Shown piece after piece: positions 50,381-64,000 of a DNA stretch of 64,000 nt. The translations under genes were made by a program, and so were the position numbers. The stretch spans positions 7,696,746 to 7,760,745 of the forward strand of contig MU054001.1 in assembly GCA_013239625.1 (NCBI GenBank), in the 5' to 3' direction. The notes beneath the pieces are model-generated. The model did not search any database. It saw only the letters and a list, made by a program, of their open reading frames with translations, and was not told the DNA's origin. Within the stretch, counting starts at the first letter, position 1, and the number at the start of each line of letters is the position of its first letter. The stretch comes from Lama guanicoe (lineage: Eukaryota).

Positions 50381-51540
50381 ATTTCTTTTTCCACCTCATA
50401 AATAATTTTAGTAAGAAATATGAACTTTTTATTATTTTTGCTTCTTAATAACGGATAAGTGGGCCAACTAGAGTTTTGTGAGCAGGGATGCTGTGCGGGA
50501 CTTGGGGTCCCAGCAAACTCTTGTTGGGGTAGTCGACCCTGCAACATGTCTGATGCCCCGTGAGTATTGCTGAGTGTCCCCCTAACCAGGGGCTCTCTTC
50601 AGGAACCAGCATATGGGCAGTGACCTCTGGGGACCTCTTTTTAAGGTGCAGGAAATTTTTCAGTTACTGTGATTGAAAATTCACTCCAGCTGGGGATAAT
50701 TAGGGACTAAAGGAAGAGGAAAAGTGTTTGGAGTAAAGTAGAAGAGAAGAACAGAAGATCAGGGAGCCTGGGGGCTTGGCAGCGCAGCCTCGGGAGAGAG
50801 AGGAGCAGAGGTGGGAAGGGGTCCGGCTCTAGAACCAGCCCCTGCACCTTTCCCTGCGCCCAAGACACCGAGCTCTTAATTGGCCCAGGATGCTCTCCTG
50901 TCTGGATGTCACCCTGGGCAGAACCTTGAAAATCGAAGGTAAGTGGTGGGCAGCACTCTCCTAGGGGTCACTGAGGACTTTGGTCAAGTCCACAATGCCT
51001 TTTCTGGTCATGTGTCTTCACTTGCCCTTTACTTTAGGATCTGAGAAGCAGGAGCAAGGAACTCAGGGAGAGATCCAGGAAGACATCTGACTGTGTTAAG
51101 AGACGAAAGTCACAGCGACACGGGGAGCGAAGACACTTGCAGCAAAGTAAAATAACTTCACAACTATTGCATCAGAGCTGCAGGTGTGAGAGAGCCTAAG
51201 CCTGTCTCAGAGTGCAGGGGACAAGCAGAAAGAAATGGTAAAATTTCCACTGACAATTGAAATTTTTTTAAATAGCCTGCTATTTTTAATTGTATCACTT
51301 TATTGTATGTAGGTGTAATTCTGTGAGCATTTATAGGTTCACTCAACCCCACCAGCTCCTCTTGCCCCCATCGGGGATGGGCTTTCTCAAGCACAATGCC
51401 CCTCCTGCTTGGGTGGGCCACGCTGCGGGTCCTCACCTGAAGCCGGGCTGCTGCAGGTCAATGTGTCCCCGAGGCACGGCATGTGAGACATTACAGGAAC
51501 ATCTCTGCTCTTGACTGAGGGCCTCCTTTTACCCCTGCAG

Positions 51541-51664
51541 TGTAAGAATGCCGGTGACTCAGTTAGAAGCATGCTTCGAAGGTGTCCATGTACTTGCCAT
51601 CCAGAAGCGGAGCCTGGAAACTTCCGAATTTCTCCAGAATGTGGATTTCATTCACCTTTCGCAG
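51541..51664 (+). pseudogene. TRAPPC9: TRAPPC9-like exon 7
   Basis: CKNAG/[37 protein letters not shown] versus [42 protein letters not shown]; 2-nt deletion; CAG acceptor and GTGAC donor. Confidence 0.93.
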
Positions 51665-54600
51665 GTGACTGTATGTCCTTACACAAGTGGAGGAATTACT
51701 GCAGTTTTCCTGGAAATTATTCACCACGAGTCCATCTGACTTTTCTGTGCTAGGATTCAGTATGGCATGCTAAAAATTCTGGAGTCAGATCTTGAAACCC
51801 TGATGAAGAGGATTATGTATTTTGTTTCTTTATATGATAGTATTTTACTTTCAAAATTCAGAGTTTTCAGTTCTTGAAGAAATTTTTTCGAGTGTTGGAG
51901 AAACAACTTTGCGCTTACCATCTTTGTGAACAGTTGCTATATGCCTCTCACCTGTCTTCTGTCACTTGTGAGGCGGTTCCTTTTGTGACCCTGTCCGGGT
52001 TGTTCATGATATAAAACATACAGTCTGTAAAAGTACATTCCCTTTTACTCCAAAGACATTCTACAAATACTCCTTAAATCTGGGTGTGGTTTTAAGAAGA
52101 CAAAATCATTAGAACATGTCCTTGCAGGTTGCTAGTGCAAAATCCCGAAATCAAGTCTAGCTCAACATCTAACATCTTTCTACTCTAACTTGGATTTTTA
52201 TGGATAAGTGAAGCAGTTTGCTAACAACTCAAGAACAGGTTTATAATACAGGCTGGTGTAGCTCAGCAGGTCCTTCCAAGCTGAAGCTCTACCAGAGGGC
52301 GAGGTCGAGGGAGAGGGCGTGTCCTGCCCTCCCTGTGCTGACAGTTTGATGGCAAAGACTTTCACCAGGTGAAGAACCTGGAGTTTCTTCTAAGAATTGT
52401 GGGTTTGAAAAGAGTCCAAAAAGCGCTGGAGTGTCACAATCCCATTTGTTTCAAGTAGGGGAGAGCAGCTGTGGGGCCACTTGGGAGACTTGTGTGTCCA
52501 GGTGGGCAGTGTTAGTGGCTTCTTCTTGAGCGGTGGGACGGTCAGTGGGTAAAAGCAAACAGATTGAAGGCATGTTTAGATGGTAAAAAGGAAAGGATGA
52601 ATGCTGTCTGTGAAATTAGGATGGGGAAAGGCCCAGGTTTCTGTGTGGATTAATGAGGTAAATGATGGTCCTGCTGTGTTCTGAGGCGGGAAACCTGCAG
52701 AGGGAGTTCTGGGGAAAAACTGATGAGTTCAGCTGTGGGTAAAGTGAAAGGTTGTTAAATGTGTGGTCTGGGAGCTCAGGTGAAAGCCATTAGTGAGTAG
52801 GAGGAGGGGAGAGGGATTTTCAAATCATTTTGTCTAGTGAACATACAAATAATTATGAGTAATGACACACTTAACACCTCTATATTCTGGATTTAAAGCC
52901 CAGTAATATTTTGCTATACTGACTGCAGAGGTTCTTAATTTTTTCTTAATAGAAATAAATAGAAACAAAATAGTGGAGTTAATGAACATCTTAGAGTTGA
53001 TGTGTGTCCTAGTATGTATTTTGATACCTCATCTGTTTATAACCATAATCTACAAAAAATTATCTTGCTTATCATAAGAGTTAAACAGAGGGCCTTGACA
53101 CACACTGTTAGGGGTTGAAGCTGATCTTCTTGGGAAAATTATGTAGCCTCTCTGTGCCTTAGTTGCATCTTCTGTGAATGTCCCTGGGCCCCTCATCACA
53201 GCTGATTTCCTAGACTAGATATTGGGAGGGAGGCTGCTGAAGGGAGTAAGAAGTGGTAACTGCTTGGGATACTGAAGAGAGAGACAAAAACAGATTAAAG
53301 CCAATAAACTGAGTACAAATACCCTCAAAAGAGAAAGAATCCCGCAGTGTTTTGAGCCACTTAGTGTAAGGGAAACAAAATCACGTGGACCCAAAGCTCT
53401 TGAGCATGTGATTATTGTGGGTGGGAGGGTGTCATCAGAAAAGTGTTGAGAAAAGGCCTCTTCGTTTCCCTTGACGTTTCCAGGAAGTATGGGGAGCAGA
53501 AGCGAAAACCCCCTGCTTCACAGTTGAAGGTGCTGTTTTGTGCAAAATTGACCAAAGGTTGGAAACCAGTCATCAGCGGTGCTAGCAAATGAAGAGGCTT
53601 CTGGATTGGGTGGGGCACTTGCCGTGACTTCCAGGTGACCTGCTGGCTGGGGGCTGTGAGGCGGGCAGTAGGTTTGTAGGGTGACCGGGGCATAATCCCT
53701 GGCTCTGAGGTTGCTGGTCTGATTAGCAGACCTGGGCACCCGCAGTCCTAATGGGGCTGCTCGGGACGTGACCTGGGACACCTGCCGTGCTGTGGGTGAT
53801 AGGAGGGCTCCCTGAGGGGGTGTCCCTGTGGAGAGTGGAAATGTCCTCCTGCAGGAGAGGAAGAGCCTCTGAGCAGGGGGCCGGATGCATAGGCGAGATC
53901 AGCCTGAACACGGAGGTTTCCTGGAGCTGGAAGTCATATAGTGGCCCAAACCACCTTGTTCCTGAGAGACTGGAGGGAAAAGATGCTGAAAAGGCAGGCT
54001 ACAGTCAGACCCTGTGGTGGGTTATGAGTGACAGGAAAGGACTGTTCAGGTAGGCACGAGAGAACCCTGTGGGCATCCCAGCTGCGGCATCACGCCAAAG
54101 GGAAGAACAGAGTTATAGACTTTGCCACTTATGAGCTGTGTGACTTTGAGCAATATCACCCCACCTCTCTCTATACATATCTTCATCTGTAAAGTGACAG
54201 AGTGATCAGCTCGTGATATCATAAGGCTTAGTTTAGCTCTGATCCACTTTGTCCAGTCCTGTCAATGTTTCCCTGCAAGGTTCTGCAGAGGCTGCTCTTA
54301 CCCTGAGAAGGGAGGGCCTAGAGGGACATTGTAGCACTCGAGGGCAGGAAGGGGTTGATTTAAAAGCAGACATGTAACCGCCTGCAGCTGCAGACCTGTA
54401 GGCAGTTTGGTTGAGGGTCCTTGAGAGGACTTTGGAGGCCTTTGCGTCGTCTTAAGTCTTGTTTTCCCTTGGGGACCGGATTTGCCTTTGCAGATTGATG
54501 TTCAAGATTTGGGCTTCTGGCAAATCTGTTTTCAGAGATGGGTATATACGTAAAATATCGTATAAAATCAAATGATTTATTTAACGTGTGCGACTTTGCT

Positions 54601-54903
54601 GTTGTGAAGAGCTCTGTTGGCCTGGTCTCCACGGAGGACACCAAGGGTCAGCAGAGCTTGCGGGAGGGCAGGTAGCCTGCAGTGCTGCTGCGGGAGGTTC
54701 TCCCAAGCATGGGGCTCTGCTGAGTTGACTCTTCTATGAGTTTGGTTGCCAGAGGAGCAGACAGAAAATTAATGAGTTCTGGTGGGATTGTATAATGACA
54801 GGAAGAAAGAGGAACCCGTAGTTTTTCTGGACTAAACACGCTTTTGGTTCCTGATCCAGTGTGCCCCATTACAGAATTGACGATTTGTGTCTATTCTGGG
54901 ACT

Positions 54904-57900
54904 TCATTGAAATAAACGTTCAGCGTAAAATTTAATAGTTATGTTTTATTTGGCTGGAGGACTCGAGCTGGGATGACAGCCTCTCAGATCACTCTGAGGG
55001 ACTGCTCCCAAGACGTAGGGGAGGAGCTAGGATATATAGAAGCTTTACAACAAAGACCAGGTAATTGGAACAGTAAAAGATTGCTTGTTATCTAAAGAAA
55101 ACCAGATATCTCAATTTCAAGTATTTAGTGCTTTTCTATGAATGGTGGGAAGCAAACATTTGGGTCATAGAATTCATACCTTTGGCAAATACCTACCTGT
55201 CTGGGGCCAGTATCCTGTCCTTTCTTACTCTGAGTCACTCAGAGGGCAACACTGAGTGGCTGGGTGGCTGGGCTGCAGGCATGTACTCGCTGGGGTTTGG
55301 CAGCAGCCGCTGATGACTTGGATTCAGCATTCTTTGTTTACTGTCATGGTTGCAGTATTTTCATGCACATTGTAGTATTTTCATTCACAGTGTTCCCCCT
55401 TGGTCCTAAATTCGACCAATATTTTGAGAGACATTTGATGACCAATTTTGTCCCACGGTGCTAGGATGGCTCATTCCTAGTTCAGGTAAAGAATCTTCTG
55501 AATTGCCATGCAAGGTGTTTGTTTTTTTATCAGGCCCTGTTGATACTAAAAGTTCTCTGGATCACCTGTCTTACTAGTCTATTATGATCCAGGAAGTGTT
55601 TACCCTTTGTTGCTCATTACCATACCTAGAATCACACTATTTCAATTATTTTATGCAGGGTTATAAATTTTATCTATTTCTTCAAGATGTTTAGCCATCA
55701 TCAATCTTGTAGGCCTAGTTACACATTGGGAAATGTAACAGACAACAATTTTATAAAATAGACAGGATATAAGAATACAGCTAGTAACGTTAATAAAGTC
55801 ATGAGTAAGAATTTAATAGTCGAGAAGTTGTATTTTTGTGTTAAAATTTTGCTTGTGTATTTGATTGAGTTTGACCTTATGAGAAAGTTCATATTTATGG
55901 TCAGGCTCAGAGCAGGTATTAATTGGCCAGGTGAAGTCTCCCACCATGTAAGATCAACAGTGGCCTTAACAGAATTACAATTTCTTTTGAGAATAACATT
56001 TCTGAGGGCTATCTAGTTGGAGAATTGGAGTAGGGAAACACACCAAGGTAACACAGAAGTACTAGACAAAGGTAATTTACCATAAACTTAACAATTGGAG
56101 TAGTTCATAATCAAAGGTAGGAGAAATTATCAAAGTAATTGGTATACAGGCCTGGTAAGGTGTCTTGGGTCAGCTGTCTTGCTCAAATGTCATCTTCTTC
56201 TCATCCTGGCCTGGTAGCTTTTTCACCATTTGGGCACTGTTTTAAGGTGAGCAGTGCTCTATAGGCCAGTACACTGCAGGCGCTGTTTCTGATAGGAAAT
56301 GAATACGAGAGTCCGTTTCCTTCAGCTTTGGTGTGTATGGTCTAGTTAAGAGTACCTGACAAATGGTCCTTCCGTTCGGGTTGGAGACAGTTTTTTAAGT
56401 CATGCCTGTTTCAGTATGTATATTTCCCTGGCTGCAGGTCATGGAGTATTGGATCTTTACCCAAGGATAGATTACTGAGCTTCAGAAACAAACCTAGAGT
56501 TTCCTTTTCATAATTCAATTAAACTGTACAGCAATGTGACATAACAGCAAGGAATGATCTGGGAAGTGTCTTAGTAAATATCGACCTCAATTAACAAAAC
56601 TAGAATTTAATATCCACTAAAATATAAACTTTTTTCTTCCTAAGTTACCCTCAGTTTTCTCAAATAAAGCCAAGTGAAGATTAATTTCTTTACAAGTTAA
56701 GTCTGATTATTTGAACATATAGGCTTTTTTAAATTGGCTGTGTTGGAAGTTTTAATACAGAGTCTCAGGGTAGAATGTTAATAAGGTTTTCTAAGGCCAG
56801 GAAAGCCACGTCAAGGCTTGTCATGGGTTTCTGCCTTACAGATTTAGGTAAATTCTTTTCTCTTTAAAATCCTTAAAATACATTTATAGTCCTATATCTG
56901 TTAGGAGATGATCTTCCTAATTTGTCTGATAGAGCCACTGGGGACCTAAGTGTTTTTAGTCTCTTTAGGGATAAGATAGAGAGAAAAGATAACTGTTCCA
57001 AGTCTGATTACACAGGTATAATTTATCAAATTGCTGTGAATCATAACTAGCTTAAGGAGAAGAGATTCTTTATGTCTGGGAAACAGGTTAAAAGCCAGTA
57101 GTATTTCCAACAATATTAAAAATTATAACCATATTCACCAGTTTACTCAGTCCCATGTAACTAATTCTTTTAATGAGAGTTTTCATTAGAAATTTAAAAT
57201 TTTTAACCAGCTTAGTTCACTGCTATAGTGTCAAATTTATTAGAAATCAGTAAATCTCCTTGAAGAGAAAGCATTTTGCAAAACCATCAGAAGAAAACAA
57301 TTAACTGTCTATAAATGACAAAAGATTTAAAAGCCTGGTTAAACACCGTTACACTATAATCGGTAAAGAAACATGATCACTATACCCAGAATTATCACTG
57401 GTAATATTTCAGATATATCATAATTTTAGGGAGTCCATATAATTTCGACAATATCTATATTAATAATATTTTCTCATTCAATATAACCTTAGAAGATTTA
57501 TTATTCATTTGACAATACCATTTATTTAACATGCCAAATGAAACTTTCTAGATTAAAATCTCTCTTTGGGATGTTTCAAGGGCCCTCTGTAGCATCCCAA
57601 AGTTAACTGGAGATTAAAAGAACTTTAATTAGAAATTGACATTTGGGGAGCTTGTTAAAAGATTTCAGAACACTTGGTCAGATAATCATATAGATCACTG
57701 TAAAGTAGTACTTATTTATTAACAAGAAAATACGTCAAAGGCAAAGGCAGAACAGATCAGCTAAGTGGTATAAGAAGTTTTACAATCTGTTACTGAAGGT
57801 GGTTTAACATTTTATGAAAATTTTTTCCTCTTAACAGAGAGAAAACCAAATCTAGTCTTACACCAGCTTACTTCGAAGATTCATTTACTTTGCTCCATTT

Positions 57901-60900
57901 GATTCTAAACTTAGCAAATTCTGATCACGTACAAAACTCTTTCCTCAGGTTTCCTCTTCCATAAGCCTTCCACAGCTTTCTATACTCATATTAGTGTGTC
58001 CCTTATTTTCTCTTCCATTCAAAAGTAACCAGCTTCAGGACAAAGACACTATTTTTCATTAAGAAAATATAATTCCATTCTTATATCTTTCTTTACACAT
58101 TTATCTTACTTTCCTAGGATACTGAGATCATTCCCTTACTAATAGAGACTATTTCAGTGTGGCACCAACCATTTATTAATATTTCTAAACACCTTTAGTT
58201 TCTCTGTAGGAGGAAGTTACATGTTAAGTAATTCATATTTCAATATTATTTTATCTGAAAATGGCATAGCTATTTAATAAAATCCTATCATTTAACTTAA
58301 TTTAGCACAACCCTAGAATTTAAAGATATGAAACATTTAGAGATTATCTTAAGCACACATTTTAAAAATATTTTAAAAATTTACCCAAAACTCTCAACTC
58401 ATTTGCATTTAATTTACTTAAAATTTTACCACACCACATTAGTGTTGTTTTTTTTTTTGTGACAAATCTGTAACTGATACAACAGGATCTTATTTGACTT
58501 TCATTAAACCTAGGTACAGTAAAGGTATTATACTTAATATTGATGACTTTAAAGATGTCTATATTAATTAGAACATACTTAAACTAAACAATATCAAGTA
58601 TTATCTTAATATGGAATATTTTCCAGTTCACGTGATGCTGAAAGTTAACTTCCTCAGTTTATATTTTAAAAATACTTAATTTTTAAGCTCTTATATTTTA
58701 CGTCAATTAAGCAGAGCTCTTTGATTTTTTTTTTTTTAGCAGTAGAAATATCTCACATCTATAGTGTGTACGCAGGCTTATAAACAGACAAAAGCTAGAG
58801 ATCTCATAGCTTCACTTTAAAACTTACTTATATTTATAATAATAGTTGGAGTAAGCTGAATTTGCTTGCTCAAATCACTAAGGCTTACTATTTATGAAAC
58901 GAAACAGACAGTTAAGATTTCTTCACAAAGTCTGAAGGACCCGTCAGAGTTCTGAGTTCTAAAATGCCAAAAATTTCTTGGTCTTAAGTTTTATTTCATT
59001 GAGCTAATTTAGGCTCAGTCCTAGGTCACTGTTTGTTGTATTTACATTTCTGATCTGCAAGAAAAAGACACTCTCTTCCAGTTCCCCAGAGAACTGCTCT
59101 GTCTCCCAGACCCAACTTTATCTCCTTAACTGGCATTTTTGTATCAGTGAGAAGAGCTGTAAAGAAAGAATTCCATGTGTTAAAACTTTAAGGTTTACTT
59201 TATCATGTCTTCCAAAGCTTGCATAAGGCATTTAGTAAGGTCTCTTTTCCTTGAGTTATAAGTTAAACCCAGGGTAAACCTATTATTATATTTTTTATTT
59301 GCCACTGAATATTAGTTTTTACTTTTACGTTATATTGGATGGCTCATTTAACTCTATTGGTTTCCTTTATTTTGTTCAATTAATATTTTCTGAGGGACAG
59401 ATATGTGACCAGCCTTATAATACCAAGAAGGGGAAGCGTTATTCCATTGAAACATATCTATCCCACAACATAATTAAGCAAAAGATTTATTTAAAGACCA
59501 TTTAAATATACCAATTTTACAAACTTTTATCTCAATTTCATTAAATCATATACCTTTAATTTTTATATTTATTAGGTTTAATCAATAATTCTTATTTCTA
59601 GAAGGAGTGCCAGAAGCATTTTTTTTTTGTGCATTGTATATAATTTTATAGAAGTCTCTAGGATGCCTAAGTTTCAGCCAAAGAGCTTAGGCACTTCTCA
59701 GTTTTTAAATTGATTAATTGGTCTGTTGTCCCAATCATTTATCAAGTATTTCAGTCCATATACATATATATTTTAAACTGTGGTGAGTAAAACGGACTTG
59801 TTTGAACTTTAATGTTGGTGGGGAGTAGGTGATCTCCTTGGCCCTTTTTTTAACTTTACGTAGTGTAGTATCAAAACCTTGTATCTAAATCCAAAATTGT
59901 CCATTTTATTTATCTCATTCAAAATAACCATATAAAAATATTTATCCTTTTGGGATAAGCCACTTATCTTTTTTTTTTGACATTTTAACAATCCTTTTTC
60001 CAGTTATCCAAATTAATTAACATTAATTATTCTAGGTTTTTATTAGCATCTCTAGAACCATTTATCGGAAAGGAAAAACACAAATGTAGCTTTTCTAACC
60101 AGTTTTATTTTTTTAACTAAGTTCTTACGTTAACCATTAGATACATTTTTCTACCTTTAAACTTGATTTTAATAGGTACCAATAAAACAGCTGTTTATAA
60201 TGAGATCTCCTTCAACTTTCACCAATTTAAAAGTTTTTCCAAATTAAGAGATCCATCATATGGCCATCACTATATATATATATATAGTGATTTTAAACCA
60301 ATAAGATGAAGAGGCTATTCCACATGAGAGTGGGGGTGTTGCCTAAATAAAATTCAAATGTTTACTCTCCAAAAGCTAAAGGCCTTTGTGGTCCAGGCTG
60401 ATGCAACAAAGTTTAAGATGGCAAAATATCTGAAAATTGGTACAATCAAAGAATTGTTTAGAATCCCAATTGATTTGCGTGGCCACCATATGTACACAAT
60501 ACTTGAACTTTTTTGTATGGCAGAGTTCAAGATTTCCTCTAAAAAATAAAGTAAACATATATATATATATACATACGTACACACACTTAAAACACCCAGA
60601 GGAAGATAAAACATTTACATTTCAAGGACACAGTAAGAGAAATCCAAGTTCCCCTTAAAGGGGATTTTGTTTTTATAACTTCAGAATTCCAGAAAATGTG
60701 TTTATCAGGCCTAGTTAGTTACTTTTAGACTGAGTCTTTTTTTTTTTTCTTATTCCCAATTAATGTTGCAAGTTTTGTATGTACACAAACCTGGCTGGGG
60801 TAATAGTTGGAGGCTGGCAATCTGTCATTTCTTTTTCTCTTCTTTTCTTTTTTTTTTTTTTTGAAAGTTCTATGTCCCATTCTAAGGCCAGGAGTCGGTT

Positions 60901-62021
60901 TCTCAGAATAAATTTGCTAGTAAGATTTCCCGCAGGGACAACTCTATGGCATGAAGTCTCTGCCTATACCACGCCTGCAAGATTGTCTGTCACCCGAGAA
61001 AGCTGTTACCAGCCAGGAGAAGGGTCCCATTTTTGAGTTGAAAGTTTCCTCATAAGAGTTTTACTTTTATCCCGAAAAATTCAATGGATGTAACCAAACT
61101 GAGGAAAACATTAGACCAGACGCTTACCTAACCACTCAGTCCTGAACCCAGTGCAATTCAACTTGGACCCACTCGGGACGTCTCCACTGGGTGAGTATTT
61201 TCCTCATATGTTTCCACCAGCCCCACTTCGGACATCTCCTCAAGGTGGGTATTTCCTGTTAACTTTCAACCAGGCCCCACTTAGTATGTCTCCACTGGGT
61301 GGGTAATTCCCCCCAGTTTCTTTCAACTGGAGATCCATGTACCTGGATACACCGCCAGATAAAACTCAGGATCATCAACCAATATGTGAGATCCGAGAAC
61401 CAGGACAGACTCAACCAAATTCATCTGGACACCCCGAGGAGGCGGATGGGCACAAAGGGCCACTGATGGTACCAAGGCTCCGGTTACTCGGAGAGTCCAG
61501 GTGGAGAGAAGTCTGCTCTGGGTCCCTTCATGGTGTCCAAAACTGTTGACTGAAATACATGTTCAGCCTAAAAGTTTAGAGTTATGTTTTATTTGGCGGG
61601 AGGACTCTAGCCGGGATGACAGCCACTCAGATCACACTGATGGACTGCTCAGAAGAGGTTGAGAAGAGCTAGGATATATAGGAGCTTTACAACAGAGACC
61701 AGGTAGTTGGAACAATAAAACATTGCTTGTTATCTAAAGAAAGACAAGAATTTAGTGCTTTTGTATGTATGGGAGGAAGCAAACATTTGGACTCACTGAA
61801 TTCATTTTTTAGACAAGCACCTAGCTATTTAGGGCCAGTATCCTGTAATTTCTTATTCTGAGTCTGCTCAGAGGGCACCATTGTGAGTTGCTGCAGAGGC
61901 TGGGCTGCAGGCCTGTACTCACTGGGGGGTGGCGGCAGCCTTTAATGACTTGGTTTCAGCATTCTTTGTTTACTGACGTGGTTACAGTATTTTGATTCAC
62001 ATTGTAGTATTTTCGATGACA
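54904..62021 (-). mobile_element. Non-autonomous ERV1-like LTR element with AT-rich non-coding interior
   Basis: LTRs 54904-55389 and 61544-62021; TSD GACT (54900-54903, 62022-62025); PBS-like TGGACACCATGAAGGGAC (61522-61539, tRNA-Arg-like); purine tract AAGGGGGAA near 55394-55402; no gag/pol motifs seen. Confidence 0.88.
61168..61331. repeat. Three diverged tandem copies of a ~53-bp unit in the LTR element leader
   Basis: Recurring CCCACT..(G/T)A(C/T)(G/A)TCTCC...GGTG(A/G)GTA.TT...TTT(C)(C/A)AC units. Confidence 0.75.
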
Positions 62022-64000
62022 GACTGATTATGGATAATCTGCAAACTTGGAAAGCAACCGAGATGGAATTACTGCAGGTAACTTCAACTTTAATAAACCT
62101 TGTGCAAACATAAACATGGAGGAAGCATACATTTGGATTTTGCGGTGTAGGGAAGGGTTTCTGCACATTATAGGAGAACGCAATGCAGAATTCCTTAAGT
62201 CCACCTTTCTTTACTGTAGTGGTTACTGAGAACAGTTTATGGTAATTAACCAACATTGACAAACGGTGGCACACATTGCATTTAAGAGCTGGCCTGCTGC
62301 AAACTTGGGTTTTGAATAGGTGGAATTCATAGGCAAGTGGTCAGGTGGATGGGAGAGAGATGGAGCCAAAGCCTGGGACCAGATTCTGGTTTAAATCGCC
62401 ATTTCCTCACCATAGGGCCTTGGAATAGAATGTAACCTCTCTTAACCTGTTGGTTGGTGAATCTGTGAAATGGAGATGATAATATTCGTTTCTTCCTGGG
62501 ATTGTTGTAAGTTCTAAAGAATATTATAGCACACATGAAGCAGTTAACACACTGGCACTTAGCAGTGTTCACTGTTTGGGGCCGCCCTGCTTGGCGTGTG
62601 TCAGAGCCATAAAGGCAGCATTTGTCTGTTGAGGATGCACTGGTAGCCCCTTGGCTAGGTTGTGAATTTGGTGATTTCCTTTAATCCTTGTAACTGTGTG
62701 CCATGGGCAGTTAATTTTCATGGAGAGGAATCTCAGGGTACAAAAGACTGTGTAATTTGCCCAAAGTCAGACCATAATTTTGGGTGCAGGGGCCCTGGTT
62801 CAGCATGGGCCCCTGGGCCTTCTGCCCTCTCCGTTCAGCACCAGAGCTAGATGTGGTGTCGACTGTTTCCCAGCCCAGAATTTCCAGCAGGTCGCAAGAC
62901 ACAACTGGCCCTGTGCTGCTTGAGCAAAAACTCCGGAGAAGAGGCAGTTACAAAAGGGATAAGCATAAAAACAGATGACAGCAAACTGTGATCAGCTCTT
63001 AGAAGGAAAGGAACAGGCCTCGCCATGCAGAGCTGGGAGCTTTCCCGTCGGGCTGCTCTGGGGGCGTTCATCTCAGCTTAACAAACTCTGCTGCTGCACC
63101 AAGGCAGGAAGGCAGGGCGCGTGTGGCCAGGTAGACTGGGTCTCATTGATCATACTCATTCCCCATTAAGGGGCAGTTGTCACGGGCAATTACCTAGTAA
63201 ACAGTTGTTGGCCATAATCATCACGCACTTTGCTTGGTAGTTTTATTGGCCCCAACTTTGAGATGAGGTCATTGAAGCTGGGCAGTTTGCTGCATGCCCG
63301 TGATCACCTTGGAAATACCCCCACTGGTCTTTCAACATAGGCTGGTGTGGCTGTCATGCCCCAGCCCTGTGAATGGTATCATGTAGCTTCTCCCAAGTGG
63401 CCCAAATGACTGACATTGATATGCTTAATTCGAAGGAAATGGTATGTGACAATAAGAGAAAAAGGTAGTAAGAAATTGTTTGGAAAACTAGATAAAAACC
63501 AATACTTCCCAAGGTGGGGGAGCGTACCCTGTGTCACTCACCCCACTCAGTGCCTGTCACCTCCTCCCTGACGACTCCATGTTCAGAAGCCACTCTGAGC
63601 CTTTGAAGAACATTTTGCCTCATGACACTGTTGACTAGGACCTGCAACTTTTCTGTCCATGGTTAACTCTCTCTTCAAAGCCATTTAAATTTTATGGAGG
63701 CCACTCCTCTCAGATGTAAGAATAGCCTCTTTAAACTTCTTGATGCATCTCCTTAATGAAGATATTCCAAAGGAAACCTAGCCAAACCCTGGGAGGTATT
63801 CACATAGTGACTGTAACCTGAGCATTTTGTGACTTTCAGAATCAGAGGTGTGGGAGACTCAGGAAGGCCTTTTTAAGGTAGAAAGAGGAAAGTTAAAGTA
63901 TGCAGGCTGTGTGAGACTGAAACATCTCGGTCCCAGCCAGCAAGGCACCTGTGTTCAGAATGGTGTGTGGAGAGTGCAGAGTTCTCACAAAGAAAGAATA

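Larger units (their letters stand above)
19746..51664 (+). pseudogene. TRAPPC9: Unprocessed duplicated TRAPPC9 (NIBP) pseudogene, 5' part; may continue beyond the window
   Basis: Four clear and one probable TRAPPC9-homologous exons in correct order, separated by kb-sized introns, with stops and frameshifts. Confidence 0.92.

Noticed and set aside
61168..61331. Repeat array as CRISPR-like
   Set aside because: Mammalian context, contiguous diverged units without unique spacers, inside an LTR element.

Overview
Mammalian genomic DNA, probably camelid judging by the vic-1-like tRNA-derived SINEs; no intact host protein-coding gene was found. Two main structures. (1) A 7.75-kb class I (gamma-like) endogenous provirus on the minus strand (6538-14288) with 410-bp LTRs, a TGAG target-site duplication (TSD) and a tRNA-Thr primer binding site (PBS). 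Its gag-pol is HERV-E/ERV3-like with a CA-NC-PR deletion, and its defective env is syncytin-1/RDR-type (NDGGGVQDQAR). An intact 60-codon, two-hydrophobic-segment ORF fills the pol-env gap and overlaps the env start, in a Vpu/Env-like layout; this is the best novelty candidate. (2) A degenerate, intron-containing duplicate of the 5' part of TRAPPC9 on the plus strand (exons 2, 3, probably 5, 6 and 7; 19746-51664), downstream of a CpG-rich putative promoter next to the proviral 5' LTR. Also present: a 7.1-kb non-autonomous LTR element (54904-62021), two related solo LTRs plus a terminal fragment, a small poly(A)/TSD retro-insertion, L1/SINE/DNA-transposon remnants and microsatellites. Family assignments and TRAPPC9 exon numbers come from recalled reference sequences, not database searches.
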